Shown piece by piece: positions 15,140-28,995 of a DNA stretch of 64,000 bases. The position numbers and the translations under genes are program-made. This stretch comes from Eledone cirrhosa. Its lineage: Eukaryota. Positions within the stretch are counted from its first letter, which is position 1. Each line of letters opens with the position of its first letter. The stretch covers positions 102,114,001 to 102,178,000 of the forward strand of contig OZ024743.1 in NCBI GenBank assembly GCA_964016885.1, in the 5' to 3' direction. The notes below the pieces were generated by a model. The model ran no database searches and was not told where the DNA came from. It worked only from the letters and a program-made list of their open reading frames with translations.

Positions 15140-15319
15140 TAGGAACCAGTAAGACCCTGACAGCTGAGCTCAAGCCGTTTCGACGTTTGAATTAGCCGTC
15201 GAAACGGCTTGAGCTCAGCTGTCGGGGTCTTACTGGTTCCTATTACCCACTCTACTACCTCAAGTATTGAGTACTTTGGTGCGTTATGGTCCACCTGGTT
15301 CCTTACCACATTTCCTTCG

Positions 15320-15321
<2 letters not shown>
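15140..15321 (+). mobile_element. Solo PLE family B end with 46-bp snap-back hairpin
   Basis: Arms 15140-15185 and 15197-15242 are reverse complements. The body matches 16055-16190 and 63592-63727. Confidence 0.8.
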
Positions 15322-15361
<40 letters not shown>

Positions 15362-15591
15362 TTTCTTGATGTATATATATATATCCTTCTATGTTGTTCA
15401 CTTGTCCCCCTTGCCGTACGCGACTACTGGTCCCAATAACTTGTTTTAGATTATTGCTCGCACCAACCTGAGGTATCTGATTTTTAATGCGATGAAATAC
15501 CAATAATGGTTGGAAAATCACTGACGAAGGACTATTTTAATCATATGTAACCCATGTGCAAACCACGCAGTATTCTTATTTCTTCTCATGT

Positions 15592-15627
<36 letters not shown>

Positions 15628-15681
15628 TATAATATAATTGTTTATACGTTAGGCACAAGGCCTGCAATTACCCAGTATGTG

Positions 15682-15712
<31 letters not shown>

Positions 15713-15792
15713 TATAATATAATTGTTTATACGTTAGGCACAAGGCCTGCAATTACCCAGTATGTGATATATATATATATATATATATATAA

Positions 15793-16026
15793 TATAATTG
15801 TTTCTACTTTTGGCACAAGGCCAGCAATTATCCCAGTGTATTACTGGTACTTTATTTTATCAACCCCGTAAGGATTAAAGGCAAAGTTAACCTCGGCGGG
15901 ATTTGAACTCAGATCATAAAGGGCCGTAACTCTTTGCTGCAAAGCATGGCGTCCGACCCTCTACCGATACTGCCAAATAATATAATTGGGTAATTGGTGG
16001 ACTTGTGCCAAAAGTAGAAGCAATTA
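15793..16026 (-). mobile_element. Main SINE followed by an inverted copy of its own tail
   Basis: SINE at 15793-15975; 15985-16026 is the reverse complement of the SINE tail. Tail fragments are also duplicated at 15635-15680 and 15720-15765. Confidence 0.85.
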
Positions 16027-16049
16027 TATATATACATACATTATATATA

Positions 16050-17636
16050 TAACAAAGGAATTGTGGTAAGGAACCACATGGACCATAACGCACCAGAGTA
16101 TTCAATACTTAGGGTAGTAGAGTGGGAAATAGAAAAAAGTATGACCCCGACGGCAGAGCTCAAGCCGTTTCGACGGCTATTTCTGGACTAAACTAGAATT
16201 TTTAGCCTGGTGAATAAATAACGAACTTTTCAGTGGGGGTACTTCCTTATATGGGAAGATTGTAGTTGTCAAGAGGATTGGTTAAAATTTGTTGTAAACA
16301 CAAATAAGTATATCATGGCATTTTGGTGGGGGGTAGGGGTGGCTGAACTTGCCTGTGACAGGAACGGTCAAGAGTTGAAAGTGAAATCTATACAGCAGAT
16401 TCTGAGGATAGAGTATGAAGTGGAAGAGGGAGGTTATAGAATAGGTAAATCGAATGAGAGTAGGAGACAATAAAAGATAATAGAAATAGATAAAAAATAT
16501 ATAAAAAATTAGATAGTGAGAAATTAGAAAAAAAGAATCACAATGCTATTTTATAATTACAGGTTAATAAGTTGAGAATAGAAAAAAACTTGTAGAAATT
16601 GAGTAGTACCAGAACTGATACAGAATTAAATGGGTTTAACACGTCTGCTATAAGTAGTTAGTAAAACGTATTCGGCCAATTCTATCTTAAGATTACAGAG
16701 GTGGGGGAATTGATGCTACAGAGGCTCGATGGGCTGCATCGGGGTAGGCGAAGGAGAAAAGCAGCGAATAACAAAATAGGGGGTGGAAAGAAGTGATAGG
16801 ATAAGACAGGGGGAGGAAGAAGACAAAGACGAAAAGAAAAGAAAAGAGATACATCTACCTAAGTAAGCTGGGGTTTCCTCTAACTTATTCGGCAAGTAGG
16901 GGGTATCAGTTCTTGTCTACCCACCCGGGTCATTATGGGGTTTGAGGACGAGGTAAGTCCTACGCAATCTGTGTTTGCATGCGGTTACCAGTTCCTCTTT
17001 CTTGTTTAGGAGTTGGTCCATCGGAAACAACATTTGTAATGTTTCCTCCGAGCATAAGATACACGGACGGCGTCCTCCCGTGTAAGAGTTAGCTTTGGAC
17101 AGAAGCTCCAAGTGAGAATGTAGGTTATATTATTATCTTGGAGGTCCCAGATGTGGCCCGAAAGTGTAGTGGCATGTCGCCGGACCGGGTTTCGGTAAGT
17201 ATGCCTGTGTTGGTAGAGCCGGGTTTTGAAGTCACACGCGGTAAATCCTATATAAGCTATCTAATTTTTTATAGAAATTTTTATTTATTTCTATTATCTT
17301 TTATTATCTCCTACTCTCATTCGATTTACCTATTCTATAACCTCTCTCCTCCACTTCAAATTCTATCCTCAGAATCTGATGTATACATATCACTTTCAAC
17401 GCTTGACCGCTCCTGTCACTTCGCTATTGTTCTACAGGCAAGTTCAGCCCCCCCACCAAATGCCATGATAGACTTATTTGTGTTTACAACAAATTTTGAC
17501 CAATCCTCTTGACAACTACATTCTTCCCATATAAGGAAGTACCCCTTGAAAAGTTCGGCTATTTATTCAAATTCTAATTTAGTCCAGAAATAGCCGTCGA
17601 AACGGTTTGAGCTCTGCCGTCGGGGTCATACTTTTT

Positions 17637-17640
<4 letters not shown>
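16050..17640 (-). mobile_element. 5'-truncated Penelope-like element (family B) with inverted terminal repeat
   Basis: GIY-YIG C-terminus ELLSKANSYTGGRRPCILCSEE...LLNKKEELVTACKH at 16950-17111. 16133-16500 is inverted at 17255-17637. Confidence 0.88.
17541..17626 (+). ncRNA. Type I hammerhead ribozyme fold, PLE family B, U3-A8 core
   Basis: ACCCC-UUGAAAA-GUUCGGCUAUUU...AAAUAGCCGUC-GAA-ACGG...CCGU-C-GGGGU with a GUC cleavage triplet. Confidence 0.72.
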
Positions 17641-17697
<57 letters not shown>

Positions 17698-17759
17698 ATA
17701 TAATATAATGCAATATGATATATACATATATATATGATACGTTTCTGTCTCTACTGCGA

Positions 17760-18130
17760 ATTATCGCGCCTATTTGTACAGCGAATGGAAGCTTTGGGAG
17801 ACACCTTCTTACCTTGAATGACTTCTTTAACTTCCTGTTTGAACCAGCAGCCCTCATGTTACTCGGCGCCACTCTGGGCAACTTTCGCCCGCACCATTTA
17901 ACAACTAAAGCACTTGTCGCCGACCAGAACAGTTATACTTTCATTTCGGTGTCCTCGGTTTGTTCAGAGAGGTCGCTGAATTTAGATTCAATAGTATCCG
18001 CCTATCTGGCCATAGCCTTCTTATACGCCAGCGCTTCCCACTTCATCATGTAGGCCGAGCTGGACCTGCAACTACTCTAGCTTTTCTCGACTTAAGGTAT
18101 TTTGAAGTTGCAGAACCTTTGTTGGAGATC
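17760..18130 (-). mobile_element. Degenerate RTE-type LINE C-terminal remnant
   Basis: WEALA-like motif followed by a decayed zinc-finger-like end on the minus strand. Confidence 0.4.
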
Positions 18131-20394
18131 AGTTGACATTGACAGGCAGCTCAGTCCCTCTTAAATTATGAACATCCAACACTGAATCAAAGAGATCAGA
18201 GACAATAAAATTCAACAGATGTCTGTCTTCGATCTTTCAAAAAATAAGCATAATTGTGAATATCTTTATGCTGGAAGAAGGTGTTTATAAATAAAGCCCA
18301 TTTCTAGAACAAGTTTAATAAGGCTTTTCGATTTGCGTTTAGTTGAGGTCACTCTTCCTCCCAAGCATCCTTTTCCATGTCATGTGATATGGAAATAGGT
18401 TATATGATTGAGTCATACCTACATTTGAAGCTGTAGGGACTTCACCAAGGAAGAATCTATATTCGGACTCTCGGTTTGGTGCATAACATTGAACCATCCA
18501 CAGAGTCCTTCCCTTCAGCCTAGGCTTCAAGAACGAGCGAAGGGCAATGGGGTATGATTGCTTTTATTGGATTTGATCATACTGCAATTTTTATGGTTGG
18601 TTATATTAACTTGACCTTAAAGAAAATATTAGTCATTAGTCTTTGTTATTGGGTACTTATCCCCGCACTCTTTAACACACACATACACATACACACACAC
18701 ACACACATTCGCGTCTGTGGGTGTTCTCACACATAAATATATATCATTTATGTAATTCAACTATTCCTTCCTTCCTAGCTTCCTCTGCTTTCCTTCTTTC
18801 ATTTCTTTTTCTCTTTCTACCCGTTCCTTTTTCCTTTCCTTTCCTTTCCTTTCTATACTACACTTTCTCAATATCTGAAGCTGTTTACTTTATTTTTGTG
18901 GAGCCGATTGTAAAAATAGAGCAAATCTATTTTCTTTAATTCGATTGATTAAAAAAACCAAAACAGTACTTAACAAAGATAAATCAAATCTAATAGTATT
19001 TATAAAAAAAAAAATGAAAAATAAATAGTTACCTGGAATAGCAGAGGCATTAATCACTGCTAGAATGATAATTCCATTGATCGGTATTCATAAACGTCAT
19101 AGAATTTGATATACTCAGTTCTGAATATAACTTTTCTAAGGTAGAATGAGTATTGCTTGAAATTAATCACCTGATAAACTTACTCTTGCGGCACTTTCAT
19201 AAGTCTTTACGTTTTGCGTTCAAATCTATTTGCAAATTTTGCAATTCGTCCTTCAGAGTTCCATAAAATAGAGTACCAGTCATGAATTAGGGTGGATATA
19301 GCTGACACTACCCTCCCTCAATTTGGAGACATGGTCCTTGAATTAAAAACAATTTTATATATATAGAATATAATTAAGATTTAGCTTTAGGCATAGCTGT
19401 CTACAGATATGTATAGAAATTTTGTATTTCTAAAGAAACACGGTATGTTTACAGGTAATCATTTAGGAAGCTGTAGCTATACAAAAAATCACCGGGGCTA
19501 ACGCCCTCTGGTTGTGTCCAGCAGAAGCGAGGTGGACACTCGTCGATGTATTTCAAACTTTACTGGTACTAATCAGGACGATCCCTCCCACACTTGCGAC
19601 TGCTGGACTTGAAAACAGTCGAGAATATATAGTTTTCTCGTCTGTGTAATTAATCTCATTTGCATATGAAGCTGTATAAGTTTGCTCAACTTAAAATAGA
19701 ATAAAGTATATCATGTTTCTATACATAATTTTATATATATTTTGTAAAAGGTTTGTTTGCTTGTAGAAAACTTGAATTTTTTCTATATGTTGACCTTCAC
19801 AACATGGCAGTTTACAAACTAGCTGTTTGACGTTCGTTAACAAGCGTCTCTAGATGTTTAAATACATATTTACAATCTATGACATTAGAAAATTAACTTA
19901 AGCTCTTCTTTGTCATACATAGAGAAACCGTATAACCACATTCAGTAGTTTAAAGTTAGTTTGTTCATGACAAAGTAACTACGTTTGAAGAGAGGTAGTA
20001 AACTAGTTTGATGGTTAAACAAAACAAGTAAATTATTTGAAAAAAATATATCTAGTTAAATAGCGAAATCAATTTATCAAGAGAAGGAGGAAATATTTAA
20101 TCAGAAAAATTGGGAAATAAAGAAAATCAAATAAAAACGCGTACAAAGAGAGGAAAAAAAACCTAGAAATGTTTAATATATTTTATAGAATTGGTAGGAA
20201 ACATGTGACCATTACAATGAATGCCTGCATGGTCCCATAACTACCAGGGGAATCGTAGGAGCGCCGCATTATCATACGGCGTTTCCAGCGCTATTTAACA
20301 CCTGGCGGCGCCCATAACCACTCCAGGTCTAAATACAGCAGATTTCTTCTAGAGAATGAACATGGAAGTGAGAAAGAGGTATAAAGGATGGTTC

Positions 20395-20546
20395 AAACCC
20401 AATACTTACTGGTATTTTTTATCGACTTCGAATGGATGTAGGGCCAATTTGATCTCGGTGGGATTTCAGCTCACAGCTCGGAGTGCCTAAACGGATATCT
20501 CGAAGCATTCTATCCGATGTTCTATAATTTTACTAATCCGCCACCT
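20395..20546 (-). mobile_element. Older diverged copy of the main SINE
   Basis: actggtattttttatcgacttcgaatggatg...ctcggtgggattt...aatccgccacc. Confidence 0.75.
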
Positions 20547-20704
20547 ACTTACAATGAATAAAGAAGGATAAAGAAGCATTGATTCACTTATAGAATTGAC
20601 AAGACTTTGTGATCAAGTATATGAATGCGCATGAACGTAAACACGTGTTTGTATGCATCGATGCATATATTTGTATGTGTGTGTAGATATGTATCTCTCT
20701 CTAT

Positions 20705-20860
<156 letters not shown>

Positions 20861-20959
20861 TTATATATACACACACATATATATATATACACACACACAC
20901 ATATATATATAGAGAGAGATATTTATATATACATACATATATACATATATATACATAAA

Positions 20960-22150
20960 TTGATAAAAGCAATGAATGAAAACAAAGAACAAATTCCTTA
21001 TATGAAAAAATTCATCATTTTACGATCGTTTCTAGGATATATATGTGTGTTGGGATGTATATCATATAGATCTATGTAAAAATATTACAAACTTTCAGAG
21101 GAAATATACATACCTTCACATATATATGTTTTCTTCAGAAATGATGAGATTTGTTTATTGAAAAAAACCAATAATGATTTAATATAATAGGTCTGTTTGG
21201 GAACAGGTTTTGAATTGACTAATAGAAAAGTAGTAAGAGGTCAAGTTGATAGAATAGTAGTAGTAGAAATTTAATTTAGGGGTAGGCGGTGCAGACTTAT
21301 GTTATGAATAAAAATAATACTTTGAATGAAAAGAATACTTTGGGGATGAAACGAGGTCAAGCCGGTGAAGGGTACACGAAAATTTGATGTTATTAAAGAA
21401 TTGTGTTAGAAACGAAGGAAATTAAAATTTTAGGGTAAGTGAGAAATACCAATCTTATTTAAACCACTAGGAATCTAGATCTATAACAAGAAATTAAATT
21501 AATTGATAGGTATACTTATAGGGATAAATTTATATTACTTCATAAATAAGAATTAGATGTTATTAAATAAAGTTGTTAAGAACGAAGGAAAATAAAATTT
21601 TGGGATAAGGGTAGTAGTTAAAAATACCAATCTTATATAAACTACAAGGAATCTAGATTCATAACAGGAAATTAAAATAGTTTATATGTATACTTTTAGG
21701 TATTAATTTTAGGAAAAGAGAGTTGTAAGAAGGAAATAAAATTATGAAGTTCTCTGTAGTAAAGTACTAATTATAGGTTAACTAAATTAAAAAAAAACTA
21801 ATTATAATAATATGTAAAATATAAGTGTAAGGTGTATATTAATTAGGTTTATAATATTTGAAATTTCTTCTAATTCTATGATTGCAAGATATAATTAATT
21901 CTTGTCGCTTATTTAATAGGATATCCTTAGATTTCATTATTTCAAAAAGTTCCTGGGAGCATAATCTACACTCATATCTGTTATTTTTTTAAGGGGTGGC
22001 CCTTTTGAGTACACTCCAGGTCAGGTTGTAATCGATATTCTTTTTCCTATAATTATTAATTGTTTCAGCCAAGGTTGTTTTATTAGCTAATGCGGCATTT
22101 TTAAAACTATGTTTGTGGGTATTAAATCTTACTTTAAATTGGTTAGACGT
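20960..22150 (-). mobile_element. Penelope-like element 3' portion: GIY-YIG, 3' UTR with ~170-bp tandem duplication, hammerhead
   Basis: 21865-22150 translates TSNQFKVRFNTHKHSFKN...TTLAE...WSVLKRA...CRLCSQE...LLNKRQELIISCNHR. 21385-21530 is duplicated at 21555-21710. Confidence 0.88.
21012..21147 (-). ncRNA. Type I hammerhead ribozyme fold with long stem II
   Basis: UCAUCAUUU-CUGAAGA...AUAUAUAUGUG/CACAUAUAUAU...GAA-ACGAUCGU-A-AAAUGAUGA. Stem I is 9 bp and stem III is palindromic; the base of stem II is mismatched. Confidence 0.72.
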
Positions 22151-22181
22151 AGCTATATATACATATATACATATCTATCTA

Positions 22182-22247
<66 letters not shown>

Positions 22248-22309
22248 TGTATGTGCATGTATATATGTACTATTATGTATATATCTAGGCGACAAATTGT
22301 TTGAAGGTC

Positions 22310-22420
22310 GTATAGACTTCTTTGTGTCATTCATTCCGGCTCATTGTTCTGAGTTCAAATTCTGCCGAGGTCAATCTTGTCTTTCATCCTTTCGATGTCG
22401 ATAAAAACATTACCAATACA
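22310..22420 (+). mobile_element. Main SINE fragment
   Basis: ttctgagttcaaattctgccgaggtcaatcttgtctttcatcctttcgatgtcgataaaa. Confidence 0.8.
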
Positions 22421-23140
22421 GAAATGGGATCAATTCTTCCTCTATATTTCTTTCCCACATTCTCTTTCAGACCTTCTATCGTAGTCTGGAAGAAATCTGC
22501 TGTGTGCAGAGAGGGATGGGCTCTGCCAGTCTTTAAATTTCCTACAAATGCCGTATGTCAATACGCCACACTTACGGGACTATGTTACGGGACTTTGCAT
22601 CGATATATGTATACATATAATTAATATATTACTTTATAAAGTTAACCGCCTCTAATACGTAAACATCTCAATGAAAAGATAAGATATATTAATAAATTAT
22701 CTACTCAGAGAAGTAATAAAATATATTAAACTTAAGCCAAAGCCTCATTGCAAGTGGATATAAGTTAAATCGGCTAACATAAGTCGTGTTTTTCTTACAT
22801 AATTCCCCGATCATGGTTTCTTGAATTCGAGAAACAACATCGCCAATTCCAAAATATTGGAATTACCAATATTGGAAGAATTTTAGTTCCTTCATCGGGA
22901 GATGCATTTCGTCTCAGGAATAAGGGGACAAGTACAATATATATCATACATACCATGTTTTTGCTAGACCGCGTATGTACAAGATGTTTATCGCTGAATT
23001 ACTATATGAATATATTCCACTTAATGGATTATTAGGCTAACACGACGGGCTTATATTGACGCTGGAAATAGGTAGCAAAACCGTCTAAATCAACTCAATA
23101 ACATTCTAGGCACAAATCTCATCGTCATTTGTGACCGAAG

Positions 23141-23255
<115 letters not shown>

Positions 23256-23297
23256 ATCTCTCTCACTCTATATATATATATCTCCTATATATATATG

Positions 23298-23556
23298 TAT
23301 AATTTTATTTCCAAAAGGTTATATATGTCAACTTATAAGATCTTGCGTATCGAGATGGATAAAAACAATGATTGAATAGGTATTTTAATTTATTTATATC
23401 AACGCACCCACGGGCCTAAATATCAACCCTTTCATACACACACACGCACACACATACACACACACATATATATATACACATACATATATATATATATAGT
23501 ATATATATTATATATATTACACATACATATATGATATAATATATAATATTATATGT

Positions 23557-23623
<67 letters not shown>

Positions 23624-24150
23624 AAAGTTTTATTTAAAATTGTTGGGTTACAACGAATAAATATTTTATAACTGATCTAAAGCACTCAACAAGTTTTGGA
23701 GTAGATATACGATATTAAACAAACGGAAACTATATTTATAAAACCATATTTATTTCATTATACATATTTCAGGGATACCACATTAGAAATATGGCATGCC
23801 TTCCTCAGACAAAATACAATATATAAGCAGTTTTATAAATAAATTTGACGTACCATGAATGTTGTTCAACTTCCATTTAAAAAAGTTGGTATATATATAT
23901 ATATATGTGTATACATATTATATTATATATTACAGCATATATATGTATGTGTAATATATATAATATATATAATATATATATATATGTATGTGTATATATT
24001 TGTGTGTGTGTATGAAGGGGTTGATATTTTGGCCCGTGGGTGCGTTGATATAAATAAATTAAAATATGTATTTAATCTTGTTTTTATCCATCTCGATACG
24101 CAAGATCTTTTAAGTTGACATATATAACCTTTTGGAAATAAAATTATTCA
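23298..24150. repeat. Inverted repeat with ~140-bp arms enclosing microsatellites and a PLE end
   Basis: 23298-23440 is the reverse complement of 24008-24150 (aacgcacccacgggcc / ggcccgtgggtgcgtt). Confidence 0.88.
23751..23816 (-). ncRNA. Type I hammerhead ribozyme, PLE family C
   Basis: UAUUUUGU-CUGAGGA-AGGcAUGCCAUAU(uucua)AUGUGGUAUcCCU-GAA-AUAUGUAU-A-AUGAAAUA with a canonical core. Confidence 0.8.
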
Positions 24151-24389
24151 GAAAATATATAATTGAAAACAGATATTGCTTTGACCAAAGATATAAATGT
24201 TTCAAATATACGCACAGAGAACACGTAAACACGTACACCTACCACAAGCAGCAGTGTATACTTCTAAACATATATGTGTGTTTGTGTATTCATATACATG
24301 TGTATATTCGTTTATGAACATTAATAGGTGCATAAATAAACACACAGACACAAAACACATACACACATACACTCATACATACATACATT

Positions 24390-24444
<55 letters not shown>

Positions 24445-24584
24445 TTCCCACTACAAGCCGAATATTACATAAAAGAGGGACATCCCCCAACTATATAAAC
24501 CTTAATCTAGTTAGAAAAATATAAAAACAATCTCTTCTCAACATATATTAATAACCTTAAATTACCATACTAATAATGAAAAGA

Positions 24585-24642
24585 TATGCTGATGAGAATA
24601 GGTACAAATATGCGATAATGAATGTGTCTAAAAACGTCCATA
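24585..24642 (+). ncRNA. Decayed hammerhead ribozyme (G12 lost)
   Basis: UAUG-CUGAUGA-..UAGGUAC/GUGUCUA-AAAAC-GUC-CAUA. Confidence 0.5.
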
Positions 24643-24689
24643 AGTATGTATATATATGTGAAAATGTATATAAATAAGTAAATATATAT

Positions 24690-25240
<551 letters not shown>

Positions 25241-25264
25241 TGCGTGGGTGAAAGGATACGTACA

Positions 25265-25689
25265 CTTGAAAGAAAAATTTAAGTCTGAATGTTAATTAAG
25301 TGCAAACACAAAACCAACCACGCATATCTTTACTATCTCTAATCCTTCTATAGATTTAGAAAAATAACCAATAATATATTCTATAAAAAATGTCAAAACA
25401 ACAGATGGGAATCTAATTACTCACTGCCACCAAGAATTCTCACTGCTATCGAAAAACCACTCCTTCAACTATTCTTCTAACAACTTCACCCCTCCCTCCT
25501 AATATTCTCTATAAAAACTAAATAGGTCCTCAGTAATATTATTCTGATGAAATGACAGTAAATAATAACATTGAAATATTGAATGTCTGCATAACTAAAA
25601 GTTTGTAGATAGCTGTTTTAGGTTATGTAACTGTTATAGAAACACGTGTCAATAAATTCCTTTCAACTAAACTGTATCCATTCAAATCT

Positions 25690-25692
<3 letters not shown>
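25265..25692 (+). mobile_element. PLE 3' end (family D)
   Basis: KSE..IKCKHK-like GIY-YIG tail at ~25280-25315, followed by a hammerhead. The terminal ~110 bp recur at 54580-54693. Confidence 0.7.
25539..25655 (+). ncRNA. Type I hammerhead ribozyme with large stem II insertion
   Basis: UUAUU-CUGAUGA-aAUGACAGU...ACUGUUAUa-GAA-ACACGUGU-C-AAUAA; palindromic stem III and GUC triplet. Confidence 0.8.
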
Positions 25693-25751
<59 letters not shown>

Positions 25752-25760
25752 TATTTACGT

Positions 25761-25888
<128 letters not shown>

Positions 25889-26040
25889 ATTTATATACAC
25901 ACACACATACACATATATATGTATGTTATGCATATTATGTGTGTAAATGTATAAACAATTCTCTATCTATCTATATTTCTTCTCTATATATATACATAGA
26001 TATATATATATAAATACACACACACACACACACATTGTAT

Positions 26041-26117
<77 letters not shown>

Positions 26118-26549
26118 GAGAGAGAGAGACATAGAAAGAGAGATAGAGATAGAGACTGTGTATGACTGTATGTGTGTGTGTGTATGTTATATGTTTTGAG
26201 AACCGTTGCCATAAAGATACATGTATTTCTGTTTCATAACTTGCATCAACACAAGCGTACCCTAATAATTTATCGATTTTTGTTCATATTTATATTTTTT
26301 ACAAGAGATAAAGACCACGTGCAGTCATACAGCTATAGCAGAATAGAAATATTACATTCAATATTATCATTATTTTCTATTCCTTTCGAGTTTTAATATT
26401 CACTGCATTATATTTGCCATTAGATAGAGAAATTACATCAGGCAACATTCAAATATATCTCAAGTGACTCCTAATTTCTATACAAAAAGACATGTAACAC
26501 AAATAAGCTTATATTTTACTGGTTTTCCCTCCCCTATCTGTGTCGTTGT

Positions 26550-26605
<56 letters not shown>

Positions 26606-26849
26606 ATATCATGTGTGTACACATTTTCGGGACACCCTGTATATATATATATATATACAGGTTGATGTATAAACACTTACACAAAAATGTGTAAACACTT
26701 CCTTTACCTATACAGGCAATATTTATTAGCATGCACAGCATTTGTGTACCCAATTTTGGGTACACCATGCATATATTTATATATATGTATGGATACACGT
26801 GCATATATATATATATATATTTATTTATATCTTATATATATTATATTTA

Positions 26850-27380
26850 TCTCGGGTCACTACGAGTTCGACTGATAACATGTAGCCCAGTACAACCTGT
26901 AGCATGGTCGGGTCGTCGGCGGCTAAACCGGCAATCCCACCAAGTTTATTTGGTGAGGAGGGTGATTTTGGAGACCCTGCAGGACAAAAAACAAAACCTA
27001 ACAAAGGGCGGAAGAACTCATAAGAGTCAACGTCCATCCGAAAGTGTGTAAATATATATATAAACATGTATATACCGGGCGGTTAAACCAGTGGGAGTGA
27101 GGGACCCTAGCATTTGTCAGGGCATTCTTCTAGGAGAAGGCAACTCAGGAAACTGGGATAACTCCGATATAAAGCCTGCGGCTCAGTAGTTACCGATGAT
27201 GTTGATCTTTTCTTCTTTTCGTGTAATAGCTACTGTCGCTCAGAGAGTGGGATTGGCTCAGTGCACTATCTTTCCTCACTTTAAAAAATATCTTCACGCA
27301 CAGGCATTGCACGATGGAATTAGTTAATAATTATTAATAATGGCATATCGTGCAATGGCCATACTCGTTAACGAGGGGGT
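26850..27380 (+). mobile_element. GC-richer interspersed repeat, possibly a LINE 5' UTR
   Basis: Composition shift and a ctaggagaaggcaactc motif that resembles RTE-type 5' regions; not aligned to any reference. Confidence 0.3.
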
Positions 27381-27630
27381 AGCCAAATATTAGACACACT
27401 TTAACTAAAGTTACGTCCAGATTTTCCTGTAAAAAATCTTGAATGCAGAAGTTTACAAGAAATACCTGGACCTTCTATATCACAACAAGAAATGGAAATT
27501 GTCTAGTCCTCACCACGGAGTTGGAGAGAGTTTCAGATTTTTTCACTCCATCTCAGTAATCAAGAATGTTTTTTGTAAAGAAGTTTTATATATATTTATA
27601 TCTATTTATTTGTAAACAAGTTCTATTGGT

Positions 27631-28100
27631 ATACGAGGTAATCTGAAATTTAAATACAAAATTTAAATATACAATACCTACAATTCAGATAATTCTCCAT
27701 CCACGATTTATTCAACTTGCATTTATATTTATTGTTATAGTTATATGCATCGTGGCGGCTTTATTTTCAAATACATGTATTTTTGTAATTACCCACTCGG
27801 TTGCTTCAATGTTCATGATACTTTGTTCCGTAAACGAGACTATAACGATCAACAGTATTCAAAGTGTGTCCGTGTAAATATAGAGATAGACAAGGTCATA
27901 ATGATTCCTATATCGGCGAGTTAAAAGGATTCAGGATCACAACTTCTGTCATGTCAACTTCGCTATTGATGTGGACATTCTAAGTTATGTTGTTATCGAG
28001 AGTTGAACTGATGTCTCTGGTGTCATTTGATGCCACAAGGATTTCTTCAAAGTTTAATAGGTCGATTCCTCATTGAGCAGTATAGTTTATTTTCTTCCGA
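27631..28100 (+). mobile_element. Possible mariner 5' end remnant
   Basis: Starts TACGAGG, a mariner-type TIR start after TA; no partner TIR found. Confidence 0.35.
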
Positions 28101-28814
28101 CCATTGAATAACAGCGTGAATAACAGATTATATATATATATATGTGTGTGTGTGTATGTGTGTGTGTGCGTGTGTACACAGACACACACACGCACACACA
28201 CACACACATATATATATATAATAAATGAAGAACTAGAAATAGAAGCCAGAACTATCCGTCATCAGTGGTCTACTAGCCATCATAGGTATTTCTTCACATT
28301 ACAGACCATATACCTCAAGCTAGGGCGATACAATAACTAAATTAAGTTATTGGGATAAAAAGAGTTGGGTGGAGAAAGAGAGACAGGTAAACAAACACGA
28401 ATGGTGAGGCAACGTAAAGAGAGGAAAAAATGAGAAGATCAAGTCAATAATTCATTTTGAACATAAGAACTTGCGAATATTGACGACAAGACAAAGACAC
28501 ATCTTGGCCGTGCGGATGTGAGCGAAGAAAGAATCTCGTACGGTATGGGACGAAGGAGGAAGTGAGAGAGAGGGTGAGTAGCAGAGAGTGAGTGAGTGAA
28601 CGTGTGAGGAATAGGCTAGCCGAGAGAGAGTGACTAGCAGAGGGGGTGAGTGAAAGTAAGAGGGCGAAGGAGAGAGAAAGAGGATACCAGTAAGGGAAGA
28701 GTAAAAGACAACACAGCTCGCCATTTTCCATTCATATATGCTTTTTCCGTCGCTGTGACCTGTTTTTTTCTCTTCCCTTACTACTATCCTCCTTATGACT
28801 ATAATATGCGGTTT

Positions 28815-28995
28815 TTCGCCTAATGCGGTCCCTAGGGCATTGAAAATTTGAAATATTATTTGCTCAAAACACTCACATGACCATAATTATTACATTTGTA
28901 AAGTTTGAAAACAGTCGGTTGGGTGGTTCTCGAGTTTTAGGGGGACAGACAGACAACACACAGACAGACATTCTCTGTTTTAGATATATACATAT
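28815..28995 (-). mobile_element. Helitron 5' fragment, same family as 10940-11847
   Basis: tcgcctaatgcggtccctagggcattgaaaatttgaaat...cagacagacattctctgtttt matches 11675-11840. Confidence 0.8.

Noticed and set aside
19033-19170. Possible minus-strand exon ending CCAG|GTAACT
   Set aside because: All three frames contain stops and the acceptor is weak.
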